DNA of 58,546 bases, filler included, from a bacterium (GTDB taxonomy: Bacteria; UBP15; UBA6099; JAJRTR01), in the NCBI GenBank assembly GCA_024278215.1. It is 3 parts of 3 records of this genome, joined end to end, with 100 filler letters (N's around TTAATTAATTAA, not from the genome) between each part and the next. Parts side by side here need not be neighbours in the genome. Positions count along the whole stretch, not along the records: positions 17,356 to 45,728 come from JAJRTR010000015.1; 2 more parts are not named here. One strand, given 5' to 3'. Positions 19,096 through 30,817 of the stretch are shown piece by piece. The translations under genes and the position numbers were made by a program. Each line of letters begins with the position of its first letter. Position 1 is the stretch's first letter. Below the pieces are notes generated by a model. The model had not been told where the DNA came from. It ran no database searches and worked only from the letters and a program-made list of their open reading frames with translations.

Positions 19096-20978
19096 TATTG
19101 CAGTTTTTGTAATTTCAGCAAACCGCCGTCATCGTCGTCCATATATCTATCGACGAATTGTTTGAGATGATTCTGCACATTTTGCGGATCGTCAACCGGC
19201 ATCGAACATGCTGTGCCGACACATGCGAACATCGTGGGTTCGGGGCGCGGGCTGTAGGGATGGACCTCGAAAAGAGCTTTGTCGCGACCGGGGGCGAGAA
19301 CCATTAAAACTTTATTCGGCTCGTAGAATCGAGCCGCCTGCCGCCTCAATTCCTGTGTCGCCGCATCGTCCACCGGACCAACAACCGCTATATTGAGCGG
19401 ATAAAAAGAGAATGCGTAGGCCGCGCGAATGTACTGGAAATACTCATTGGCTTTTATTCGTTTCGTATCGGCAACACGGCCCCGCACGGCACCCAGCGCC
19501 GCCGCCGCGCGTTCGAGATACTCTTCGCGCAAAGTTATGTAATAGAGCCTCACTAATTCGGCGGCCATTACGGAGTTCCCTTCGAGTGGTTTATATTTTG
19601 CGAGTGTTTCGCCGGTTATGCCGTCGCCGGTGTCGCCGTAGAAATAGCCGCCGTTATCCGGGTCTCCGAATTTTTGTTCTATAAACGCCGCGAGTTTCCG
19701 CGCGCGTTCCAGCCACGCGGAATCGCCTGTGCCGCTGTATGTGTCGAGATATGCGCGGAGCAGATATGTATTGCTCTTAAGCAAGCCGTAGGCGGAGCCT
19801 CTGTTGTCGTCAACAAAAACCGGCGCGCCTCGAACTTCGTCGAATTGCTTTTCGCGCAGCCACTGTGCAGTCTTCAGCGCTCTCTTGCGCCATGCCGGGC
19901 GGTTGTAGAAATCCGCGGCCCGGAACATCGCGCCGGCATACATTGAATTCGAGACGGTGTATATGTTTCTGTCTCTTTCGGGCATCCCGAACTTATCTCG
20001 TTCGCCACCCCATTTTGTGAAGAAATCTTTTCCTGAAATCGTTTTGCCGCCACTTTCCATACCGTCGGCCTGACCACCGAAGATACCGCCGCCCGCGCCG
20101 GAAAGGAAGTCTCCTATATACCTGACGGCCTCAGCGGCAATGGCCGTTTTGCCACCTGTCGCACCCGCATACATTACGGACGCATCGATTGCCGCCGCGT
20201 TGGTTTCGAGGTGCTTCTCGTAGTTTTTCGGGCCGTCGAACACGCCGCCCCATTGCGTGTCCAGTATATTATCGAGTTTCTCCGTCATTTCATCGGCGAG
20301 TTTTTTGTAGATATCCTCTTTTGTTATTCTCGCAGCTATGAGATAGTACATAATCCTGTCGGTCGCGGGCAGCCTGATCGTGTCGGGATCAAAGTCCTTT
20401 ATTTCTTTATTAAGAAACTTTTTCAATTCATCTTTTTTTGCGGGCTCTTTTTGTTGTTTTTTCAATTTTGCGGTGACAACGGGGCATTTATCGCCTACAA
20501 CATTTCCATCAATTTCACTGCTTGCGGGAAGCGAAGACACGTCGTGAACATCCACGTCCGCGATGATTATTCCTTCTTGCGAAATCACTTTCAGGCCTGT
20601 CCCATAACATTCCTCTACATAAGGGAGGCTCCTGTTGTAGACCCTGACAGGCACATAACCTTTGATTTTCTCCGCCACTTCAGGATTATCGAAGAAGTTT
20701 TTCTCCGTCGTTCGCGCTTCGAGGCTGAATTCGTCGTTGACATAAAGCAATATTGCTCTGTTGCCGGCGACGGCTTTGTCGAAAGCCTTTTCGCCCCATT
20801 CGAGCCAACCTATTCCGCTTGTGGCCGGCAAACTTTTCTCGTCGGGAAGTGTAAAAGCGGTTTTTTCTTTCGGCGCGGCTGCTTCCTTTTCGGGGCCGGA
20901 ACAGCTGGCTGCCATGAAAGCCGTAATTGCGACGGCGAAGACAAAGCAAATTGATCTCAAGCTCATAGACATTCGCAT
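19095..20978 (-). CDS. DUF255 thioredoxin-like plus (alpha/alpha)6 lipoprotein (YyaL/SPATA20-like)
   Basis: Lipobox MAASC; W.EWG.KAF.KA, YEKHLETNA, FGDPDNGGYF, P.EGNS.MA and ACVGTACSMP. Confidence 0.85.
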   Translation of the reverse strand: MRMSMSLRSICFVFAVAITAFMAASCSGPEKEAAAPKEKTAFTLPDEKSLPATSGIGWLEWGEKAFDKAVAGNRAILLYVNDEFSLEARTTEKNFFDNPEVAEKIKGYVPVRVYNRSLPYVEECYGTGLKVISQEGIIIADVDVHDVSSLPASSEIDGNVVGDKCPVVTAKLKKQQKEPAKKDELKKFLNKEIKDFDPDTIRLPATDRIMYYLIAARITKEDIYKKLADEMTEKLDNILDTQWGGVFDGPKNYEKHLETNAAAIDASVMYAGATGGKTAIAAEAVRYIGDFLSGAGGGIFGGQADGMESGGKTISGKDFFTKWGGERDKFGMPERDRNIYTVSNSMYAGAMFRAADFYNRPAWRKRALKTAQWLREKQFDEVRGAPVFVDDNRGSAYGLLKSNTYLLRAYLDTYSGTGDSAWLERARKLAAFIEQKFGDPDNGGYFYGDTGDGITGETLAKYKPLEGNSVMAAELVRLYYITLREEYLERAAAALGAVRGRVADTKRIKANEYFQYIRAAYAFSFYPLNIAVVGPVDDAATQELRRQAARFYEPNKVLMVLAPGRDKALFEVHPYSPRPEPTMFACVGTACSMPVDDPQNVQNHLKQFVDRYMDDDDGGLLKLQKLQ

Positions 20979-21080
20979 AAATACCTCGCTGGACAAATAT
21001 ATTTTCTGAGCTTGTCGAAGGATATAATCTTTCACCCTCGATCCGCTTCGCTCAGGGAATATTACTTTCATGTCAACTTT

Positions 21081-21258
21081 GAGCCAATTGCAAAATTCTG
21101 ATTCTGCTGCAGTCGGCTGCTATTGTCCATAGCTGCGTTGTCGGCACAAAAACGTCCTCGACGTACTCTACGAGTACGCCTGTGAGTATTTTACACCTCC
21201 TCCTTGCTCCGAACAATTTCGCTCGACCTCGCTACGAACATAATTTTGCAATTGGCTC
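21081..21258 (-). mobile_element. MITE family A, copy 5
   Basis: Perfect 17-bp TIRs; TSD CTTT/CTTT. Confidence 0.92.
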
Positions 21259-21366
21259 CTTTTTGTTGACGTATGAAGAGCAGACAATGGCAGGATCGCC
21301 GTATCCAGCTTAAGCATATATTATGCGGAAACTGTTTGTACAGACGTTACCGGCTTTGCGCCGCTC

Positions 21367-21699
21367 TCAGTGGTCGCAGACGTTCGAGCCGGTCTCCAGC
21401 GTGCCGTCCATATATTGCTTCACAGCTTCTTCGGGTTCTATCGACGGTGCTCCGATAACTACCTTTATGCCGAACTGATCGAAGAACTGTACTGCTTTTT
21501 GGCCCATACCGCCCGCGAGTATTACGTCGACATTATTCTCGTTGAGAAATTTGGGGATGACACCCGGCTCATGCGGCGGCGGTGTGAGTTTCTCGCTTCC
21601 CACGATTTTTCCATCCTCCACGTTGAACACGGAAAATGTCTCACAATGTCCGAAGTGCATGCAAAGTCTCTCTTCAGCTACCGGTACAGCTACTCTCAT
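21367..21699 (-). CDS. NifB/NifX-family (dinitrogenase FeMo-co domain) protein
   Basis: HFGHCE.F, PPPHEPG..P, AGGMG.KA and C-terminal N.CDH. Confidence 0.88.
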   Translation of the reverse strand: MRVAVPVAEERLCMHFGHCETFSVFNVEDGKIVGSEKLTPPPHEPGVIPKFLNENNVDVILAGGMGQKAVQFFDQFGIKVVIGAPSIEPEEAVKQYMDGTLETGSNVCDH

Positions 21700-21887
21700 G
21701 TTTCTCACCTCTCTGCTTATTATTATTGTAACTTTTCATTCTTTTCGCCAGTTATTCCTTTATCCATAGTCCTTACGGGGTTTTCGTTCAGTAAGTATAC
21801 AGTCCCCGTATATGCAACGACACAGTCGTTTCACTCCTAAACGTTTCCGGGTATGCCCCTGGTGTCGCGTCACACTTGTAAATGCGC

Positions 21888-21981
21888 AAGGGCGGGGTCA
21901 CCGTACCCCGCCTGAGCATATTTCTCGCGAAAACGGTTTTTACAGGCACAAGTTTAGGCGGGGTACGGTGACCCTGTCCTT
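21888..21981. repeat. Inverted pair of REP-like palindromes (REPIN-like)
   Basis: AAGGGCGGGGTCACCGTACCCCGCCT and its near-perfect reverse complement about 40 nt away. Confidence 0.7.
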
Positions 21982-22042
21982 TTATCGTTTATACGCTAAC
22001 TCGTCTAATGTCTTTTCTTTGTTGACATGACAATAGGCCTTT

Positions 22043-22246
22043 TAGCCCGGATTTCTCGAAAAGAAATCCGGAAAATCGCAATAACGCCTATTTTACTGCG
22101 TTGCGGCTGCGATTCGGGATCGGTCACATACCTGCATTTTGCGTAAGAGGTCGGCTGGCCGGCTGCTTCCTCACCACTCACTTGCCACGCCTTGTATTAC
22201 AGGCATTCTCCCGATTTTAACCCGCATTGGTGAAACATGCGGGTTA
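22043..22246 (-). mobile_element. MITE family B (TA-ended, ERIC-like core)
   Basis: Ends TAGCCCGGATTTC...GAAACATGCGGGTTA; minus strand reads CAAGGCGTGGCAAGTGAGTG...GTATGTGAC...CGCAGCCGCAACGCAG. Confidence 0.7.
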
Positions 22247-22280
22247 GGGTTTTCGTTATGGCACTGATTCTATTCCGCAT

Positions 22281-22526
22281 TCATCTGCCTGACGAACAAC
22301 ACGAGCCGGGCCCGGCGCACGAACTGTTTTGCGACGGGTCGCTCGCGCCGCAACATGTCTGTCCGCCCCCGAACGACTTCAGTGTGCCGACACTGAATGT
22401 GGACATAACACGGTCTGAAGCCGTCGAACCGCATTCCGGGCAAACCGGCGCGTCGTCTTCGCTCGATACGTGCAGATAGTCGTACTGATGACCGCAATCC
22501 CTGCATTTGTACTCATAGATAGGCAT
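22281..22526 (-). CDS. FmdB-family zinc-ribbon protein
   Basis: MPIYEYKC..CG...CPECGS; Cys-rich tail; RBS AAGGAG. Confidence 0.9.
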   Translation of the reverse strand: MPIYEYKCRDCGHQYDYLHVSSEDDAPVCPECGSTASDRVMSTFSVGTLKSFGGGQTCCGASDPSQNSSCAGPGSCCSSGR

Positions 22527-22727
22527 TCTACTGTCTCCTTTTTAAATCCTTTTATTATTGCCGGAACAAGCCCAAACAGGTTTGTGCGTGTCGTGCATCT
22601 TAATGTATGGTTGTCGCATTCATGCCCGGGCAAAAGCGATTTGGGCACATAAATACGAGTGGTTTGAACCGGACAACCACCAGGCAATCCGGGTGACGGG
22701 CCGTACCCGTTACGGCAGGCAGCGCCG

Positions 22728-23612
22728 TCAATTCTCCCGCGCGCCGTTCGCCAGGCGTGACCAGATATTCCTTATCTCTTCGGCGACAGCGCCGGCACCG
22801 TACTCTATTATGCTTTTTCCTTCGACCTGGGCATAAGTCACAGCACGGTCGTAGGGTATCCTGCCGATAACCGGCGCACCGTTTTTCCCGCTTTCGGCGG
22901 CGATCTTTTCAGCCATTTCCGCATTCAGGTCGTACTTGTTGATGCATACGAAGGCGGGAACCTCGAAGTGCTTTGCCAGGCCGGCGACTCGCTCGAGATC
23001 GTGTGCGCCGGACATCGTCGGCTCGGTGATTATCAGCAACTCGTCGGCTCCGGTTATAGATGCTATTACGGGACAGCCTATGCCGGGGGATCCGTCCACT
23101 ATTATCATGTCGCGCCCGTCGCGTTCGGCGATCTCACGCGCTTTCTTCCTGACAAGGCTCACCAGTTTCCCGGAATTCTCCTCGGCCACGCCCAGTTTCG
23201 CGTGCACCATCGGGCCGCGTCGCGTGTCCGATATGAACAATTCACCGTTAACGACATCCTCGAACAGTATCGCGCCCGCTTCACAGAAATGGTAGCAGAC
23301 GCCGCAGCCTTCGCACCCGATGGGGTCGACCTCGTACTTCTCCCTGTCGCCGTCCGGCTCCAGGATCGCCCTGAAGCGGCACAACTCGAAGCACTCGCCG
23401 CACGCGACACATTTGTCCGCCACGATTCTTGCCGCCCGGCCTCCGCTGAAGTCGGTGCGCTGTCTTATCTCCGGCTGCAATATCAGGTGAAGATCGGCGG
23501 CGTCCACATCACAATCCGCCAGCACGGCATTTTCAGCCAGTGCCGCGAACGACGATACTATACTTGTCTTTCCCGTACCACCTTTTCCACTTATAACAAC
23601 AAGTTCTTTCAT
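22728..23612 (-). CDS. MinD-superfamily P-loop ATPase with inserted 2x[4Fe-4S] domain
   Basis: SGKGGTGKT, DCDVDA.DL, CVACGEC..C, CEGCGVC..C and DGSPGIGCP. Confidence 0.92.
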   Translation of the reverse strand: MKELVVISGKGGTGKTSIVSSFAALAENAVLADCDVDAADLHLILQPEIRQRTDFSGGRAARIVADKCVACGECFELCRFRAILEPDGDREKYEVDPIGCEGCGVCYHFCEAGAILFEDVVNGELFISDTRRGPMVHAKLGVAEENSGKLVSLVRKKAREIAERDGRDMIIVDGSPGIGCPVIASITGADELLIITEPTMSGAHDLERVAGLAKHFEVPAFVCINKYDLNAEMAEKIAAESGKNGAPVIGRIPYDRAVTYAQVEGKSIIEYGAGAVAEEIRNIWSRLANGAREN

Positions 23613-24508
23613 TTGTTAGCCGCCGTTTCCTTGCTTTTCGACGTTATTTCCAATATGTCGCCAAGCAAATCGCTCAATTTCTTTTCAAGGTCGGGCAGCG
23701 CCTCGAAAGGCAGCTCGCCCCGCGAATAGGCTTCGGCCACACGCCTGTCGTCGGGTATTTCCAGCAACACGGGCACTCCTTCCGCGGCGCAGTATTCCCG
23801 CACTTTGTTGTCGCCCACATCGCAACGGTTGATCACAACACCCGACTCGATGCCCAGCACCCGCACCATCTCGACGGCCAGTTTCAGGTCGTTGAGCCCG
23901 AAAGGTGTCGGCTCCGTCACGAGCAGCACGAAATCGCTGCCGCGCACCGACTCGATAGCTGGGCAGGATGTACCGGGCGGCGCGTCGATTATCGTCAGGC
24001 CGCCGTCCCTGTCGATATATTCTTTGACCTGCCGGATCAGCGGAACACCCATCGCTTCGCCTATTCGCACACTGCCGTATATAAATGGAATGCCGCCGAG
24101 CCCTTTCCCTGTCCGTAGCATACCGATCTCGCGCTTTATCTCGCCGAGCGCGTCTTCCGGACACACTTTCCAGCAACCGCCGCATGAGTGGCACAGCTCG
24201 GGAAACGTCATCGCGCTTTCGCCCAGCACGATTATCGCGCTGAACGCACATATCTTCCCGCACTCGCCGCACGCTGTGCATTTCTCCTTGTTTACTTCCG
24301 GCACAGTAATGCTGACCTGCCACTTATCCTCCATTCGCGGTTTAAGAAATATGTGCGAATTAGGTTCCTCGACATCGCAGTCCAGCATCGTCACTTTTCT
24401 GCCCTCTTTATGCGCCGCCCGCGCAAGCGCCGTCGACACAGTCGTCTTTCCCGTGCCTCCCTTGCCGCTGGCTACCGCTATTGTTATCGAACCGTTTTTA
24501 CCTGACAC
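23609..24508 (-). CDS. MinD-superfamily P-loop ATPase with 2x[4Fe-4S] domain (paralogue)
   Basis: SGKGGTGKTT, DCDVEEPN, CTACGEC, CHSCGGC and DAPPGTSCP. Confidence 0.92.
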   Translation of the reverse strand: MSGKNGSITIAVASGKGGTGKTTVSTALARAAHKEGRKVTMLDCDVEEPNSHIFLKPRMEDKWQVSITVPEVNKEKCTACGECGKICAFSAIIVLGESAMTFPELCHSCGGCWKVCPEDALGEIKREIGMLRTGKGLGGIPFIYGSVRIGEAMGVPLIRQVKEYIDRDGGLTIIDAPPGTSCPAIESVRGSDFVLLVTEPTPFGLNDLKLAVEMVRVLGIESGVVINRCDVGDNKVREYCAAEGVPVLLEIPDDRRVAEAYSRGELPFEALPDLEKKLSDLLGDILEITSKSKETAANK

Positions 24509-24526
24509 AGCGAGTTCCCTTCCAGT

Positions 24527-24889
24527 TCACATCCAGTGCCCTTCGACATCGGCCGAACCTGTGTGTTCGAGCTCTCCCGCCTCGAATTTCTTAATCGCTT
24601 CCTCTATCGTACCCGTCACATTCGAATAGACTTTTATCTTTGCCGCATCGAGCGTGGCGAACGCCTTGGGGCCTACATGGCCTGTGAGCACAGCCCCGGC
24701 ACCCTGGTCGGCGACAGCGCGGCCCGACTGAATCCCGGCACCCTGCATCGCGTTCAGGTTCTGCTTATTATCGACATATTTGGATTCTTTCGTTTCCGTA
24801 TCATAAATAATGAATCCCGGCGCCCGCCCGAACCGCTGTTCCACAGGTCCCTGCAACGAATTGCCTGTAGCTGTTATCGCTATCTTCAT
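24527..24889 (-). CDS. NifB/NifX-family protein
   Basis: RFGRAPGF, GAGIQ and TGHVGPKAF. Confidence 0.9.
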   Translation of the reverse strand: MKIAITATGNSLQGPVEQRFGRAPGFIIYDTETKESKYVDNKQNLNAMQGAGIQSGRAVADQGAGAVLTGHVGPKAFATLDAAKIKVYSNVTGTIEEAIKKFEAGELEHTGSADVEGHWM

Positions 24890-25126
24890 CTCGTGTTCTC
24901 CTTAGTGTTTTATATTCGTTTCCACTATTGTTTATCATTCCCATTATCGCCGGAGGGAACGCCCGGTATGAATGTGCCCGCGCCCACAACTTCGCCATAC
25001 CACCAAGCGACCTCCCATAAGAGCCTGGAAAGAGAGGACAGCCCGGGAGTTTGCGCCCCCGGACCGCCCGAACACCATTGCTTGAATCCTTTTCAGCCCG
25101 TGCCGGTAAGCAATTCCGGCGGTGGG

Positions 25127-25156
25127 TTAACCTGCATTTGTGAAATATGCGGGTTA
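25127..25156. repeat. Solo family-B terminal palindrome overlapping a stop codon
   Basis: TTAACCTGCATTTGTGAAATATGCGGGTTA versus TTAACCCGCATTGGTGAAACATGCGGGTTA at 22217-22246. Confidence 0.7.
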
Positions 25157-25501
25157 ATCTTTCGTATCGTCCAGTTCGGCAACGCGCCGACGGATCTCGT
25201 CGAGCCGCGCCTCGAGCGCACTCACTTCGTCCGCGAGCATTTCTTTTTCCACCTGCGGCCCCGGTGCGGCATAACCCGGTGCAGCATAACCCAGACCGCC
25301 GAACCTGCGTCCGCCACCTGCGCCCCGGCCCATTCCACGACCGCCGCCGAACCCGAAACCGCGTCCGCCACCGCGGGGGAGCCCGCCGCGTCCCCGACCG
25401 TACACCGGCCCTGTCAGCCCGGCGCCCGCACCGCAATAGCCCATGCCACGGCCCGTCATCGAACCGGCGCCCTGTGGTCCTGTTCCATCGAATCCCGGCA
25501 T
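25154..25501 (-). CDS. DUF5320-family Gly/Arg-rich protein
   Basis: MPGFDGTGP.G.GSMTGRGMGYC; GRG repeats; C-terminal coiled coil. Confidence 0.88.
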   Translation of the reverse strand: MPGFDGTGPQGAGSMTGRGMGYCGAGAGLTGPVYGRGRGGLPRGGGRGFGFGGGRGMGRGAGGGRRFGGLGYAAPGYAAPGPQVEKEMLADEVSALEARLDEIRRRVAELDDTKD

Positions 25502-25550
25502 CTCTCTACACCTCCCTTTAATACTATAATTTTAAAGATACATTCTTCGA

Positions 25551-25787
25551 TCAGAAAATACCCCTGCGACCCTTTCGGCGGCCAATGCCAAGCACACCGC
25601 CGCGCCCGGCTCCACGGCCCGCGCCCCGGCCAAGTCCGCCCAGCAGCCCGCCGTCCTGCCGCGCACCGCGCCCGGGTCCCAGCGGCGTGTTCGTCTGTCT
25701 GCGGCCAATACCCGTCAGGCAGCCGCCCATTCCACGACCTGTTCCCGGACCTCTTCCCAGTGGTCCTCTCCTGTCAAATCCCGGCAT
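25551..25787 (-). CDS. DUF5320-family Gly/Arg-rich protein (short paralogue)
   Basis: MPGFDRRGP.G.GPGTGRGMGGC; RBS GGAGG. Confidence 0.82.
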   Translation of the reverse strand: MPGFDRRGPLGRGPGTGRGMGGCLTGIGRRQTNTPLGPGRGARQDGGLLGGLGRGAGRGAGRGGVLGIGRRKGRRGIF

Positions 25788-25824
25788 AATTCTCCCCTCC
25801 CTTCCCTTTCGTATCCCGCGGGAA

Positions 25825-25858
25825 ACGCACAACCTGCCGGATCGGGCAGGTTGTGCGT
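25825..25858. repeat. Perfect 14-bp hairpin inside the operon
   Basis: ACGCACAACCTGCC-N6-GGCAGGTTGTGCGT. Confidence 0.75.
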
Positions 25859-26027
25859 CCCGGAAAAATGTGATGGTTTATAAAATGAATTCGCCGTAAC
25901 GAAAATATCTGCCGAATGGCTCCACACATGGCTGCATGGAGCCACCAGGGGATGTGAAATGCCCTGCTTCCCACAGTAAATCTCTCCATAGTTCATCTTG
26001 CACCCGTCAGGTTTAAATAATATCTGT

Positions 26028-26567
26028 TCAGAAACCACTCTGCCTGCCGCCGCCGCGCCGTCCGCCGCGGCCTCCGCACCTTCCGCCGCCACCCTTCGCT
26101 CCGCCGCGGCCCTGCCCGCGACCTGCTCCGCCCTGTCCTCCACCGCCCGTTCCAGGCCCGCCGTCTTCCCTCATAAAGTCGCCCCCTCCACACTCAGGGC
26201 ACTTCTCCGGCCTTCCGGTTCCGAAAGGCTCATCCCACGTACTATTGCAAGTTCTGCATCTGAACACTCTCATATCCGCCATTTTTACCCTGCCTCCCTT
26301 TATTCTCAGCGCGAGCCCCCGTGTCAGGGCATTTGCCACTTTGCGCCTGCCCGACTCCAGTATCCTGCCGAACGTCTGCCGCGACACGTGCATAACCCGC
26401 GCAGCCTCGACATGATACATCCCTTCAGCGTCCGCCAGCCTGATGGCCTCCATCTCGTCGAGTTCGAGCACTATCTCACCAAGTTGCGAGGCAGGCACAC
26501 CGGCAGGCTTGTAGAGCTCGCAAATCGGGGCTCCAGCCACTCTTCTGAATCCCTTAGGCCTCGGCAT
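26028..26567 (-). CDS. DUF134 HTH protein fused to a zinc ribbon and a Gly/Arg-rich tail
   Basis: MPRP..RRV, E.EAIRLAD.EG, M.VSRQTF.RIL...RRKVA.AL; CRTC and CPEC. Confidence 0.9.
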   Translation of the reverse strand: MPRPKGFRRVAGAPICELYKPAGVPASQLGEIVLELDEMEAIRLADAEGMYHVEAARVMHVSRQTFGRILESGRRKVANALTRGLALRIKGGRVKMADMRVFRCRTCNSTWDEPFGTGRPEKCPECGGGDFMREDGGPGTGGGGQGGAGRGQGRGGAKGGGGRCGGRGGRRGGGRQSGF

Positions 26568-26599
26568 AATCAGTGTGTTCCTTCCCGCTCCCGACTTCT

Positions 26600-26627
26600 A
26601 TTATAAGCATATGCCCATAACTTTCAA
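26600..26627 (-). promoter_or_regulatory. Promoter of the DUF134 operon with an overlapping palindrome
   Basis: Minus strand TTGAAA-N16-TATAAT; TTATAAGCATATGCCCATAA (26601-26620) is a 16/20 palindrome. Confidence 0.65.
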
Positions 26628-26746
26628 GCTATTCCGTGAAATTTCAGGGATTTTAAAACAACAGTGCAATAAAGGGATGCGAATTGAGGTATTATGCGGA
26701 GTTTCGGAGGGTAAGGCAGTTTTTCCAATATATTTTAAGAAACCTC

Positions 26747-26774
26747 TTTACAAGTGAATCGAAAGGCTTATAAT
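26747..26774 (+). promoter_or_regulatory. rRNA promoter P1
   Basis: TTTACA-N16-TATAAT with AT-rich upstream sequence. Confidence 0.7.
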
Positions 26775-26874
26775 ATGCAGGGCTTGGAGAAGGGCGGCGC
26801 GGGAAAGAGAGCGCCGGCGGCAGGGGCTGAAGAGAAGATAGAGACAGGGATCAAAAAAAATAAATTTGAAAGTA

Positions 26875-26903
26875 TTGACATAAGCGCTAACAAGCTGTAG
26901 AAT
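26875..26903 (+). promoter_or_regulatory. rRNA promoter P2
   Basis: TTGACA-N17-TAGAAT preceded by an A-tract UP-like element. Confidence 0.75.
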
Positions 26904-27018
26904 ATTCTTTAGGACACAAAAAACTGTCAAATGGGAATAACTTGGAAGGCATACTGAAGTTTAAAAGCACAATCGAGAGCAGGACGTAAAGCTTCAGGGC
27001 TTGAGCTATTGTGAGATC

Positions 27019-27044
27019 AAGGCCCCGGAGAACGGGGCTTTTTT
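27019..27044 (+). terminator. Terminator-like hairpin in the rRNA leader
   Basis: AAGGCCCCG-GAGAA-CGGGGCTTTTTT. Confidence 0.6.
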
Positions 27045-27216
27045 GATGGATGAATATAAATTTCGTCCGGTTGGCGCGAAGGGGCGCCCGGGCGGCTGGA
27101 CCTTGAAAAGTACATAGTGAGAAGTGAAAGCCAACAAAGTTAAGGAATAATGTAACTTGTTGACTTCATGAGGTATTGCTGATTTTATTTGAATTGTAAG
27201 ATTTGCCTTTAATTTG

Positions 27217-30250
<3,034 letters not shown>

Positions 30251-30429
30251 TTTGTTCTCAATACAGGGAACATCAGGTTCCCACATCATACTTCACCAAT
30301 AACCTCAATGCTTCCACTATGTACTTTCCAGGGCCCGGCACACAAGGCCCGCGCGCCGGCAGCTTCGCTGAACCTTTAAAACTGAATAGAACAACCAGGA
30401 CCTTTTCGACACAGAGAAGATATAAAGAT

Positions 30430-30546
30430 CCCGGTGGCAATAGCAGAGGGGCCACACCTGTTCCCATACCGAACACAGAAGTTAAGCCCTCCAGCGCCTA
30501 TGGTACTTCGGGGGCGACCCCGTGGGAGAGTCGGACGCCGCCGGGA
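30430..30546 (+). rRNA. rrf: 5S rRNA
   Basis: CCCGGTGGC...CACCTGTTCCCATACCGAACACAGAAGTTAAG...GCCGGG with terminal helix. Confidence 0.97.
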
Positions 30547-30581
30547 TCTTTATGTTTTTCCATCAACTCCACGCTTTTTAA

Positions 30582-30817
30582 CTGATCTTGTGCGTTTTTA
30601 TAAATGGCAATTGTATTCCTTGGACATGATCCGGTTTTTAACCCGCGTTTTTGAAATATAGCGGGTTACAGGCAATACCGTTTACTTAAGAGGGTGTGGG
30701 TATCAATATTTGTGATAAATACAGGTTTTTTGCGCATCATTGCTGCTAAAGCAATACAGTCAAATTCAGGTCATTTCCCTGAAATTTACACATAATATCG
30801 AAAAAAGCATAAGTTTA
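30582..30817. mobile_element. MITE family C copy carrying an internal insertion that starts with a family-B-like palindrome
   Basis: Left part and right part (GAAATTTACACATAATATCGAAAAA) match 42242-42361; TAACCCGC...GCGGGTTA at 30639-30668 lies between them. Confidence 0.65.

Noticed and set aside
18917-21258. Composite transposon formed by MITE-A copies 4 and 5 around the DUF255 gene
   Set aside because: Each copy has its own TSD (TATT versus CTTT) and the outer flanks differ, so these are independent insertions
21367-24889. Nitrogen fixation genes
   Set aside because: Only NifX-like domains; no nifHDK or nifEN in the window
24536-25789. 417-aa plus-strand ORF and similar long antisense ORFs (for example 41007-42116)
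   Set aside because: Shadows of GC-rich, well-supported genes on the opposite strand
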